Virus record (IMG/VR): IMGVR_UViG_3300037504_000149
DNA: 64,000 nt
Strand: one strand, 5' to 3'
Origin: a virus
Lineage: Duplodnaviria; Caudoviricetes
Part shown: positions 38,037 to 46,856 of the stretch, in pieces
Numbering within the stretch: position 1 is the first letter of the stretch
Layout of the letters: each line of letters begins with the position of its first letter
The notes under the pieces: model-generated
What the model was told of the DNA's origin: nothing
Databases searched by the model: none
Seen by the model: the letters and a program-made list of their open reading frames with translations, nothing else
Program-made: the position numbers and the translations under genes

Positions 38037-39146
38037 ATGGAAACTGTACAAGATAGCCAGAAAAATTTACGATGGAACGAGATGAATGAACCTTATAACT
38101 TAATCAGTTATGAATACGAAAGGGTTAAGTTAAAGGATTTAGAACTAACACCAAGTCTATATAATGGTGTTAAACTAAACAAACTTACTATGACTGGAGG
38201 AGAGTACGTTCCTATAACTGCCTCTGCCTACAAAGACTTACTTAAATATATCGGAGTATCTAGTAGTACTGCGAAGAAGATGGAAGGCACAAAACTATTA
38301 GATACGTTAATCCATACTAGATTACAAGACATCATAGAAGAATCTCCAGATAGAGAATTAGTGTTTGCATTAGCTCCGTGGGATGATCCATCTGGATACT
38401 GTATACGTGGTGTATCTTTGAAGCAACCGCTAGCAGATCCTAAAACAGTATTAAACTTATGGAGTAAAAAGGTAGACTCTTTAGTAGATAGTAGGGTTTT
38501 ATATAGCGTACAAGATACTCGCAGTATATGGATGTACAAGTTGCGAGATAGTATGTGTGCTAAGTTTTTACCCGATAGGTTTAGTTTATTGCTTGTACTT
38601 GATTACGATGATATTAATTGTGTACTAAACGAACGTATAGCTTTACGTTATTTTGAAGAGAATTATACAGAGGCTGTAATAGAAGGCAGTACAGAGACAA
38701 TGGTAATCCCAGATCATAAAGAATACACAGGTTCATTTTGGAGAAAAGGTATTGTTCCTTGTGTGGAATACCGTAACTTAAATAAGATAGATGTAAATAC
38801 ACTCTCTGAAAAGATGGATGAAAACAAACTTCTAAAATATACAGATCTAGAATCCTGCTTTACACCAGTAATAGAAGCTATTACAACAACTAAGTTATTT
38901 GACTTTACTGATTATCCAGTATTAGATATGAAAGCTAAGAAAGCTATGGGTAAAAAGGCTTATGAGCAGTCTAACTTACGTAGTGAAGTTGGTGGAGATT
39001 ATGTTAGGAATAATTTACCTTTACATGAATGGTTGATTGAGGTAGGAGATTCTATGTTTGATATGGAAACATTGAAGAAGAGTGTTAAACTACGCCATTT
39101 TGTAGGTGACGTACTAACTTATGTTACGGAGGAGTACACATCATGA
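38037..39146 (+). CDS. Hypothetical protein (N-terminus weakly DUF932-like)
   Basis: IT.SAY.DL..Y.GV and IRGVS pattern; the similarity is weak. Confidence 0.6.
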   Translation: METVQDSQKNLRWNEMNEPYNLISYEYERVKLKDLELTPSLYNGVKLNKLTMTGGEYVPITASAYKDLLKYIGVSSSTAKKMEGTKLLDTLIHTRLQDIIEESPDRELVFALAPWDDPSGYCIRGVSLKQPLADPKTVLNLWSKKVDSLVDSRVLYSVQDTRSIWMYKLRDSMCAKFLPDRFSLLLVLDYDDINCVLNERIALRYFEENYTEAVIEGSTETMVIPDHKEYTGSFWRKGIVPCVEYRNLNKIDVNTLSEKMDENKLLKYTDLESCFTPVIEAITTTKLFDFTDYPVLDMKAKKAMGKKAYEQSNLRSEVGGDYVRNNLPLHEWLIEVGDSMFDMETLKKSVKLRHFVGDVLTYVTEEYTS

Positions 39147-39865
39147 AAAGTAAAGCAACATTATCTGTTGTGTTAGCCTTTCTTATAGGGAGTGTAGGTA
39201 CATTAATTGGTGTTAAAATTTATGATTATTTCAATACTGTTAATGCTGTTCAAGTATCTAAAGACACAATGACTTATATTACAGATCAAATTGTGGCATT
39301 ACGCGCAGCTTATGCAAAACGTATAAGTTTACTGGTTATAGATAATGAAGACTTGCGAAAGGAGTTGAAGAATCGTCCTGTTGAGATAATTGAAACTATT
39401 GAAGTTGTAGAAAAAGAACACACTGTGGAAGTTCCTGTGTATGTTGAAGAGCTTCCAGACGATAACGGATATGTATTGTGGTTTACTACAACTGAATTAC
39501 CTGATGAAGACAACTTATATGTAGAGGGCAATATAACTCTAGACCATTTTGATGTAAGAGAGGTTACTGACCCGATAGCTAGTATAACACAACTAGAACA
39601 TAGTATACCTATACAAATTATCAAAACAGAAGATGGCCAGTGGTATGTTTCGACCACCAGTCCGCATATAACATTTACAGATGTTAGTGTAGTAGAAACA
39701 CCTGAAGAAGAAAGTGTTTTTGTAGGAGGACACATAGCAGGTTACACTACACCAGATGTGGGTATTGGTTTAGATGCTATGTATAATAACTGGTGTGGCA
39801 GTATAGAGTATTTATTTAAACATGAAGATCTTAGACTAGAAATTGGTTATATGTGGGAGTTTTAA
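39143..39865 (+). CDS. Envelope protein: N-terminal TM helix, coiled coil, C-terminal amphipathic beta strands ending in Phe (spanin-like candidate)
   Basis: LSVVLAFLIGSVGTLIGV; ...VGIGLDAMY...LRLEIGYMWEF. Confidence 0.5.
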   Translation: MKSKATLSVVLAFLIGSVGTLIGVKIYDYFNTVNAVQVSKDTMTYITDQIVALRAAYAKRISLLVIDNEDLRKELKNRPVEIIETIEVVEKEHTVEVPVYVEELPDDNGYVLWFTTTELPDEDNLYVEGNITLDHFDVREVTDPIASITQLEHSIPIQIIKTEDGQWYVSTTSPHITFTDVSVVETPEEESVFVGGHIAGYTTPDVGIGLDAMYNNWCGSIEYLFKHEDLRLEIGYMWEF

Positions 39866-39866
39866 A

Positions 39867-40892
39867 ATGAGTGATAATAAAGATTTGCAAAAGACATTAA
39901 ATAAAGTTGTAGATAGGTATTATTCTGATAAGTACAATCCTTATGTTGTTATAGATTTTGTAAAAGATAGGTATGTAGATCGAGTAGAAGATGGTATAAA
40001 AACTATAGCTTCTATGGAAGCCGTGAGGGATTTCTTTACTGTAGTGGGGAATGGTCTTCCAGGAAACTTTAAATCTTTTAATGATTTTAGAACTACACAT
40101 GTTGATAGTGAGCTACCATCTACAGACGATACCGATACTCTAAATGAGTTTATTTTGTATGAATTTACATCATATAATATTAATGGTGTACCATTTAACA
40201 GGACCGAGATAGAAGATGTAAATTTTGTATTAACTAATTTAGATAAACTTTCACTTAGTTTACCGTTATCTACCAATATGTTATTACTAGGTTTAGGTGG
40301 CGGAGTATGGGATCCTAATAGTGAAGATCACATATACATTGAATTACTAAATTACCGTAAAAAGTATATGGAGAAATATGGTAAGTATCTATCGAAGTAT
40401 GTACCTATAAATCATTTATATAGTACTGATGTAATGCTTGCTATGTTATACGGTATATACAAGTTGAAAAGGTTTGGTATAGCTAATTTTGTTTACAAAG
40501 AATTTAAAGATAATATAGATAGTGATAAGGACGTAGATAGAATAATTAACTTCTTCGATGAATTAAAAATTGGGTTAGGTGAACCTATAACAGAATTGTA
40601 TAACAATCCAGAAATGGATAAAACAGATTACTATAACTCGAAAGTTAGACCAGTTGTAGTAGAATTACTGAATACCTATCCTAATTATTTATTAGAGTTT
40701 ACTGATGCTTTTAAGGAGCATAAACTTTCTGGTAAGGCAGATGATGTTACCCCGTCGGAAGTGATTAAGGAAAGTATAGTTGACGTGTATCAATTTATTC
40801 TACCCGAAACTGTGAGTGTGGATTATGCCTACAAAGATGGAGAAGCAGAAAAGGATCCAGGAAAAGTTAAAGATCAAGAGGAAGACACTTAG
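39867..40892 (+). CDS. Hypothetical protein (start MSDNK)
   Basis: GGGAG RBS before ATG 39867. Confidence 0.7.
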   Translation: MSDNKDLQKTLNKVVDRYYSDKYNPYVVIDFVKDRYVDRVEDGIKTIASMEAVRDFFTVVGNGLPGNFKSFNDFRTTHVDSELPSTDDTDTLNEFILYEFTSYNINGVPFNRTEIEDVNFVLTNLDKLSLSLPLSTNMLLLGLGGGVWDPNSEDHIYIELLNYRKKYMEKYGKYLSKYVPINHLYSTDVMLAMLYGIYKLKRFGIANFVYKEFKDNIDSDKDVDRIINFFDELKIGLGEPITELYNNPEMDKTDYYNSKVRPVVVELLNTYPNYLLEFTDAFKEHKLSGKADDVTPSEVIKESIVDVYQFILPETVSVDYAYKDGEAEKDPGKVKDQEEDT

Positions 40893-41355
40893 AGATAGAA
40901 TATCTAAATCAACTAGTCATAATTCTGGTGGATTTTCTTGGGTATCTACAATTCTTATATTAGTTGTAGTGGGATTATGTTGGTGGAATATAAGTTTACA
41001 CCGTAGATTAGAAGTATGCAAAGATTATGATACATCTAATTATACTGAGATACAACATACGATTTTAAACGATGATGATGCTGGTTACGTAGCAGAGTTG
41101 AAAAATTTTTCCGTTATCAGCTACAACGAACATATGGGAAATTACACAACGGTATGGGGAACACCCCTTACACCTAACAAATCATGCGCAGTTGATCCAA
41201 GAGTTATTCCTTATGGTGCGTATGTTATAATAGACGGAGAGATGTATGTTGCTGAAGACACTGGAGAATTTGTAGAAGGTGAGCGTATCATAGGTATTTG
41301 TACTACAGAATTTCGTCCATCTAAAATTACTGATGTATTGGTTATTGTAGACTAA
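40816..41355 (+). CDS. Membrane-anchored 3D-domain (MltA-like) cell-wall protein
   Basis: TM segment followed by T..GT....CAVDPRVIPYG..V.IDG..YVAEDTG. Confidence 0.75.
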   Translation: MWIMPTKMEKQKRIQEKLKIKRKTLRDRISKSTSHNSGGFSWVSTILILVVVGLCWWNISLHRRLEVCKDYDTSNYTEIQHTILNDDDAGYVAELKNFSVISYNEHMGNYTTVWGTPLTPNKSCAVDPRVIPYGAYVIIDGEMYVAEDTGEFVEGERIIGICTTEFRPSKITDVLVIVD

Positions 41356-41367
41356 GAAAGGTATTGT

Positions 41368-42474
41368 ATGAAGATATTAATCCAAAAGAGTAAAACAGGT
41401 AATGGTGAAGACGTAGTACAGGAAGTAGTTATACCGGAAAATCTAGTTCCACTATACTCAGAGTTTCCGCATGTAGAAATTGAGGATTTAGGAGATAGAG
41501 TAGAAGAGTATACTGGACAAGATTTAGATGATAAGTCTCTACTTATTTCAAGATTTGGTGGTGGAGGTGATTTACTAGTAATTACGTCTGTCGCTAAATA
41601 TCTAAGATATTTGTATCCTCAATCACGGATAGCTTTGACAGCCGATCCTACATGGTTACAATTATTTAATTCACAAGATAACGTATATGATAAATGGCAT
41701 AGATACCCTATACCTGCTAGTGTATTAGATGAGTATGATTACTTGTTAACGTTTGAGGGTGTAGTCGAAGGTTCTGGTAAGGAGGGTGTACCTGGACCAT
41801 CAGATAATATTTACGATTTATTTATGGAGAAAGCAGGACTTAATCCTCAACTTATAGATGATAAACATAAGATTCCTTACTTTAATTTAACTAAACGTAC
41901 TATTAAAAAGGCTAAGAAAGAATTAGGTAAGCGCCATATAAAGCTAGGAACAAAGAAGAACACTAAAAAAGATACTATTATAGCTGTGCAATGGATGGCT
42001 AGTTCACCTATACGAACTTATCCCCCTAATAAACTCCAAGATGTATGTATTGGTTTAGCGGATAAAGGATACCAGGTAGTTATACTAGGCCAAAGAAAGT
42101 ATGTTAGACCAGATATAGTGCATAAAAAAGTACATTATCTATTAGATCTTAATGGTGGTGTAACAGAAGCTATAAGTATACTTAAATATACTGACTTACT
42201 ATTAGCTCCTGATTCATTGTTTGTACACGCTGCGGCTGCTTGGAATGTACCTACTGTCGCTTTATATGGACCCTTCACTAGGCATAGTCGAACTGAATAT
42301 TATCCTAACTGTACTACGTTAGAAGCGGAAGCTGATTGTGCACCTTGCTTTTTACATGGGCATAAACCTTGTCCAAACGCACGAGGATTGTATGGTGAAT
42401 GCTGGGATAGCTTACCACCTGAAGTAATTATAGATGAGTGTGTAAAGGTCTTATCTAGTCAGGAGAAAAAATGA
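41368..42474 (+). CDS. Glycosyltransferase family 9 (heptosyltransferase-like)
   Basis: RFGGGGDLL, R.YP, DS..VH.AAA.NVPTVALYGP, C.PC...C...C. Confidence 0.85.
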   Translation: MKILIQKSKTGNGEDVVQEVVIPENLVPLYSEFPHVEIEDLGDRVEEYTGQDLDDKSLLISRFGGGGDLLVITSVAKYLRYLYPQSRIALTADPTWLQLFNSQDNVYDKWHRYPIPASVLDEYDYLLTFEGVVEGSGKEGVPGPSDNIYDLFMEKAGLNPQLIDDKHKIPYFNLTKRTIKKAKKELGKRHIKLGTKKNTKKDTIIAVQWMASSPIRTYPPNKLQDVCIGLADKGYQVVILGQRKYVRPDIVHKKVHYLLDLNGGVTEAISILKYTDLLLAPDSLFVHAAAAWNVPTVALYGPFTRHSRTEYYPNCTTLEAEADCAPCFLHGHKPCPNARGLYGECWDSLPPEVIIDECVKVLSSQEKK

Positions 42475-43034
42475 AAGGTAGATTTGGTACATGGTTAAAA
42501 ACATATTGGTGGATTATACCAATTATGTTAGCCGTAGCTTTAATATCAGTTTATAGTATTGGTAAACTATTTGGTTTATACACTAGTTTATATAATGATG
42601 GATTAGTTTGGTTTTTTACACTAAGTATTATAGGTTCTGAGATAGGTGGTTTATCAGTAGTAGCACGTATGCATACTTTGGAATTTACTGGACGTAAACG
42701 TGATATCGCATTATCTTGGTTAGCTGTAGGATTAATAGTAGCATATGAAGTACTTGGTAATTATGGTGGCTCTATATCTACTATGTATGGTGTAGAGGGT
42801 GATGTAGCCTTAAGCATGGGGTCGTTCGGACTTATACCGCCCAATACCGCAGGAGTTATATTTGCTCTTATAACGGCTACTGTATTAGGTATAACTAATT
42901 TTATCTACATCAAGATAGTTACAGGTATGGTCATTGCACGTAAGGAATTAATACTAGTAGATGAAACGGACTCTATAAGTGATACTGATGAAGATGGAGT
43001 AGATGAGGAGGCTACTCCAGATAAACCCTTTTGA
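42471..43034 (+). CDS. Four-TM membrane protein (holin-like candidate)
   Basis: Four hydrophobic segments and an acidic C-terminal tail. Confidence 0.55.
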   Translation: MKGRFGTWLKTYWWIIPIMLAVALISVYSIGKLFGLYTSLYNDGLVWFFTLSIIGSEIGGLSVVARMHTLEFTGRKRDIALSWLAVGLIVAYEVLGNYGGSISTMYGVEGDVALSMGSFGLIPPNTAGVIFALITATVLGITNFIYIKIVTGMVIARKELILVDETDSISDTDEDGVDEEATPDKPF

Positions 43035-43461
43035 GTTAGATATAACTGAAGATACTAATATAGAAGAGGCTGATGAAATGGTAGAAGAGATTACCGAATC
43101 TTTAAATAAAAAAATTGCTGAATTAGAAGATCGATTAAAAGAAACAGAGAAACAAAAAGAAGATTTAATGGAAGAAAATGTATCTTTAAAGAAATCTATT
43201 ACATCTAAAGATACTACTATCAAAAAACTTAAAGAAGAAGTTAATAAGCCAATTCCCGCAGTTGTGGAGGATAAAGTATCTTTCGTTGCAAAAGACTATA
43301 ACTTGAAAGATGCTGAGAAACGTTGGAAAGATGATTCTATTTATGTTATAGTAGATGGTGTACATAAAGTTAAGGGTAAAGATAAGCCTCGTTTAGAAAT
43401 AAATTTCAGAAGGCTTAATGTAGATGCATCCAGATTGAATATTATAAGACCAAATAACTAA
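43003..43461 (+). CDS. Coiled-coil hypothetical protein
   Basis: Heptad-rich middle region; GGAG RBS. Confidence 0.65.
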   Translation: MRRLLQINPFELDITEDTNIEEADEMVEEITESLNKKIAELEDRLKETEKQKEDLMEENVSLKKSITSKDTTIKKLKEEVNKPIPAVVEDKVSFVAKDYNLKDAEKRWKDDSIYVIVDGVHKVKGKDKPRLEINFRRLNVDASRLNIIRPNN

Positions 43462-43994
43462 TGCCAGAAGAACTACCAGAAGGTGTAGTGCCTGAAGAAG
43501 AATTTAATCCGTGGGCACAAGAGATAGATAAAGCACATCAAGCGTGGGAGGAAGCGTTTAACTTGCCTCAAACGTTGCGTTATGCTGCGTGGCATTACAA
43601 AACAGTTACGATGACATTCAGTCGGCAGACCGGAGACATATACCCACCTGGTGTTGTTACACGACGCGTGGTGCTGTATAGTCTCCGTAAGTCTATTAAC
43701 CGCCAGCCAATACAACCAGTTTATTCATTATTAGTTTTCTTCTTTAATTTTGACTTAGACACAAGTCGTAGTGATTATCAAAAAACTGAGTCGTGCAACA
43801 TCAATAACATTACTGACGTAGTTATTAACCACGACGATGATATAAGAGCTTCAGGAGCACCTTTATATCGTGGAGCTACTGATGGTGTGCATGAGGAATT
43901 GGTTGATCAAATAACTGAATCTGGTGGAATAATAGGAGCTAAAGTACCAATATGGCGACCAGCATCAGCACGGAGAGGACCACATGGCTTCTAA
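43461..43994 (+). CDS. WYL-like domain protein
   Basis: LRYAA....VTMTF....G....R.V..YSL......L.FF.F...........S....NI..V resembles the WYL pattern. Confidence 0.4.
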   Translation: MPEELPEGVVPEEEFNPWAQEIDKAHQAWEEAFNLPQTLRYAAWHYKTVTMTFSRQTGDIYPPGVVTRRVVLYSLRKSINRQPIQPVYSLLVFFFNFDLDTSRSDYQKTESCNINNITDVVINHDDDIRASGAPLYRGATDGVHEELVDQITESGGIIGAKVPIWRPASARRGPHGF

Positions 43995-44724
43995 AGATTT
44001 AGTTTCTCGTAATACGACAGATTTAGTACGTCAAGGGGATCCTTGTGAAGCGTACAAAAAGTCGTGCCCAGAGTGTGGTTTTGTTTACAAGGGAACTTAT
44101 GAGGATGATAGAGTGTGTCCTATGTGTCATGCTGAAAGGCCGCGCTGTCAGCGTACAGTGTGTAAGGAAGCCAGAGCGGCAGGACATATGCTATGTTATG
44201 CTCACTGGAGAATGAAGTATCCAGAACTCAAAGGGATAGTAGATGTAGCTGAATCTAGGCGTATACCTTTCATAGAGGAATCTATTAGACAATTTGGTGA
44301 TAATAACGCACCAGATTTAAGTCCTGAGATTATTCAATTAAGAGAGATGATACAGAGGTCATACGAAGGCAATACATTAAACGCTGCTGAATATGGAAGA
44401 TTAATAAATTCATTAGCAACTGTCTCTGAAACTAATAAAAGGATACAAGAAAAGAATAGAGATATAGAAAAAGCTGTACAAAAGATTGTAGATGAGAAGC
44501 GTAAAGATGATGCTGTATATTACATGGCATATATGTTACTGCTTATCTTAGGACAGTTTGGTTGGAACAGTGACGAGGCAAAGTTTATCAAATCAAGATT
44601 GCTTTATTTAAATACTCCTTGGTTTAGAGAAATTATTAAAGCTGCGGAGGATATACGCGATAATGAGATAGTTGAATTTGCCGAAGATGAGGTAGATAAC
44701 ACAATAGATGAAGATACAGGATAA
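43984..44724 (+). CDS. Probable terminase small subunit with Cys/His Zn motifs
   Basis: Overlaps the large-subunit start; C...C..H module followed by DLS.EI..LR helices. Confidence 0.55.
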   Translation: MASKDLVSRNTTDLVRQGDPCEAYKKSCPECGFVYKGTYEDDRVCPMCHAERPRCQRTVCKEARAAGHMLCYAHWRMKYPELKGIVDVAESRRIPFIEESIRQFGDNNAPDLSPEIIQLREMIQRSYEGNTLNAAEYGRLINSLATVSETNKRIQEKNRDIEKAVQKIVDEKRKDDAVYYMAYMLLLILGQFGWNSDEAKFIKSRLLYLNTPWFREIIKAAEDIRDNEIVEFAEDEVDNTIDEDTG

Positions 44725-46747
44725 AAGATTAGTTGAGTTTCTAGATTCACTACCTAAACCTGATAGGATAGAAGGTGAAACCATATGGGAGGGGACTCCC
44801 CCTGTTTCATTTGAAGATTTTCTAACGGCACAAAGGTATTTGAAGGGAGAAGTTATACCTTCTCCTAACCAGATGAAAATATGTAAAGCTATATTAGGCC
44901 AAAAACCTTCTGACTTATTTGACGACAAGCGACATATATCTCGTATAGTTGTAGCTGCCGGTAAGGGTGGTGGGAAGGATGAGATAATTTCGTTAGTATT
45001 TGTTTATGCTGTATATTTACTTCTTAAATTACGAAATCCACGGTCATACTTACAGGGAAAAACCGATCTAACTACTTCAGATATACGATCATCTGGTAGC
45101 TCTATTGACTTATTAAATGTTGCTACTTCTTCTGGACAAGCTGAGGGTGTTTTCTTTAATTACTTTTCCAATAAAGTACTTAACTGTGAATGGTTTAAAG
45201 ATAATTTTGTAATTAAACAATCAGGAAGGACAATAAGTATACCTAAACAGTATGAAGGTATGCGTATACATAATACACCTCGCATTGAAGTATCTACCAG
45301 TTCTATTATATTTCCAAAAGGTATACGTGCATTCACCTTAAACTCAAATTCAGAACGTTTAGAGGGATATAATACTTTCTTATGGTGTATGGATGAAGCT
45401 TCCGGTTTCGTAGATTCTAGTGGTCGCAGAAACGCACAAGCTGTATATGATAATCTTAACTCTTCTATGAAATCTAGGTTTGGATTAGTAGGTAAAGGTT
45501 TGATTATATCTTACCCCCGATCAACTACCGGAGACTTTACGTTACAAATGTATGATAGAAGCCAGATACCAGAGGGAGAACCTGGGTATGAAGATGACTT
45601 GATAGGGTTTAAATTCACTACATGGGAGATGCGTAAAGGAGCGCCTACTAACACTAAGTATGATTACAATAGAGATGGAACACCATTAGATTATGTACCT
45701 CACACATTAGTTAATGTTCCGGGAGAGGTTGAAGTAGAAGTACCTTCCTTCCTTGCAGCAGAGTTTGCATCAGATCCTGCTGACTCAGAGATGCGGTATA
45801 TGTGCTTACCTCCCCCTGTTAAACATAGATTTATTGAAGATGTTGCTGCTATATTTGATACCTATGATCCATCTATTAGACCAATGTTTTCTACTTCATC
45901 TAAAATTATACAAACTAATGGACGGCGAAGTATAGCTGTAGACATATATAATAAAGTACCTATAACTAATAAAGAGCGTAAAGAAGTAAAGTATTTTATG
46001 GCTATAGATAAAAGTAACATAAACCACCGTACTGTAGTTATGGTAGGCCATACTATGCATAAGCCTTCTGAAGTGTATGATGAGTTTAATAAAGTAACAT
46101 GGGTAGACTCGGCAGGAAGTAAATTAGTTATAGATGGTATAGCTGTTTGGACACCAGATCCTAAGCAACATATATATGTGTCCCATAGTAATGTAGCAGA
46201 GGTTATAGTTCATTTAGCTCGTTATTTTGGCATACATAACGATAACATTAATGCTGACCACTGGGATGCGGCATTACCAGATCAGTTAGTTAAACATGGT
46301 GTCACAGTAAATCTTACACGATCTAAGAATGCGGATTGGAACGTACTAAAGACAGCGGTGTTGAATCGACGTATATTACATGGCTATGATCCTGAGTTAG
46401 GTGGTATAGGTGCTGCCATCGAGTATGACTTAACTAATTTAGTACGTGAGGGAAGTAGAATAGGTTTCCCTAAAGCCAAAAAGAATACTGAGTCTCCAGA
46501 TATAGCTACATGTATGAATCGTTTACTTATGATGGCGTCTGATAGTTTAGGAAAAGAAACTAAGCTTCCTGGAATGGATATGTATGTTATGGGTCCATCA
46601 AGAGGTGGAAGTCCTATGCCTCCTCCAACCAAAAGAACATCTGACCAAGGTGTAAATGCGGAGGGGTCACCAGATTATCAGAGATTACCTAAAGAACGTC
46701 AACAGCGTAAGCCACCTAAATTGCAAATGTTTATATATGGTAAGTAG
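44708..46747 (+). CDS. terL: Terminase large subunit
   Basis: Walker A AGKGGGKD, Walker B WCMDEAS, coupling motif ISYPR, nuclease AIDKS...D.W...D.A.C. Confidence 0.85.
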   Translation: MKIQDKRLVEFLDSLPKPDRIEGETIWEGTPPVSFEDFLTAQRYLKGEVIPSPNQMKICKAILGQKPSDLFDDKRHISRIVVAAGKGGGKDEIISLVFVYAVYLLLKLRNPRSYLQGKTDLTTSDIRSSGSSIDLLNVATSSGQAEGVFFNYFSNKVLNCEWFKDNFVIKQSGRTISIPKQYEGMRIHNTPRIEVSTSSIIFPKGIRAFTLNSNSERLEGYNTFLWCMDEASGFVDSSGRRNAQAVYDNLNSSMKSRFGLVGKGLIISYPRSTTGDFTLQMYDRSQIPEGEPGYEDDLIGFKFTTWEMRKGAPTNTKYDYNRDGTPLDYVPHTLVNVPGEVEVEVPSFLAAEFASDPADSEMRYMCLPPPVKHRFIEDVAAIFDTYDPSIRPMFSTSSKIIQTNGRRSIAVDIYNKVPITNKERKEVKYFMAIDKSNINHRTVVMVGHTMHKPSEVYDEFNKVTWVDSAGSKLVIDGIAVWTPDPKQHIYVSHSNVAEVIVHLARYFGIHNDNINADHWDAALPDQLVKHGVTVNLTRSKNADWNVLKTAVLNRRILHGYDPELGGIGAAIEYDLTNLVREGSRIGFPKAKKNTESPDIATCMNRLLMMASDSLGKETKLPGMDMYVMGPSRGGSPMPPPTKRTSDQGVNAEGSPDYQRLPKERQQRKPPKLQMFIYGK

Positions 46748-46777
46748 TATTCTGTAGAAATCTTTTTATTCGTTGTA

Positions 46778-46790
46778 TTTATGCTATAAT
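46778..46790 (+). promoter_or_regulatory. Extended -10 promoter TTTATGCTATAAT inside a long imperfect inverted repeat (46765-46827)
   Basis: Motif match; arms tttatt.gttgtatt / aatacaac.aataaa. Confidence 0.65.
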
Positions 46791-46856
46791 TAAACTGAAG
46801 GTTAATTGAATAGAATACAACAATAAAGTTGTTAAATAATTAATGAGGGTACACCA

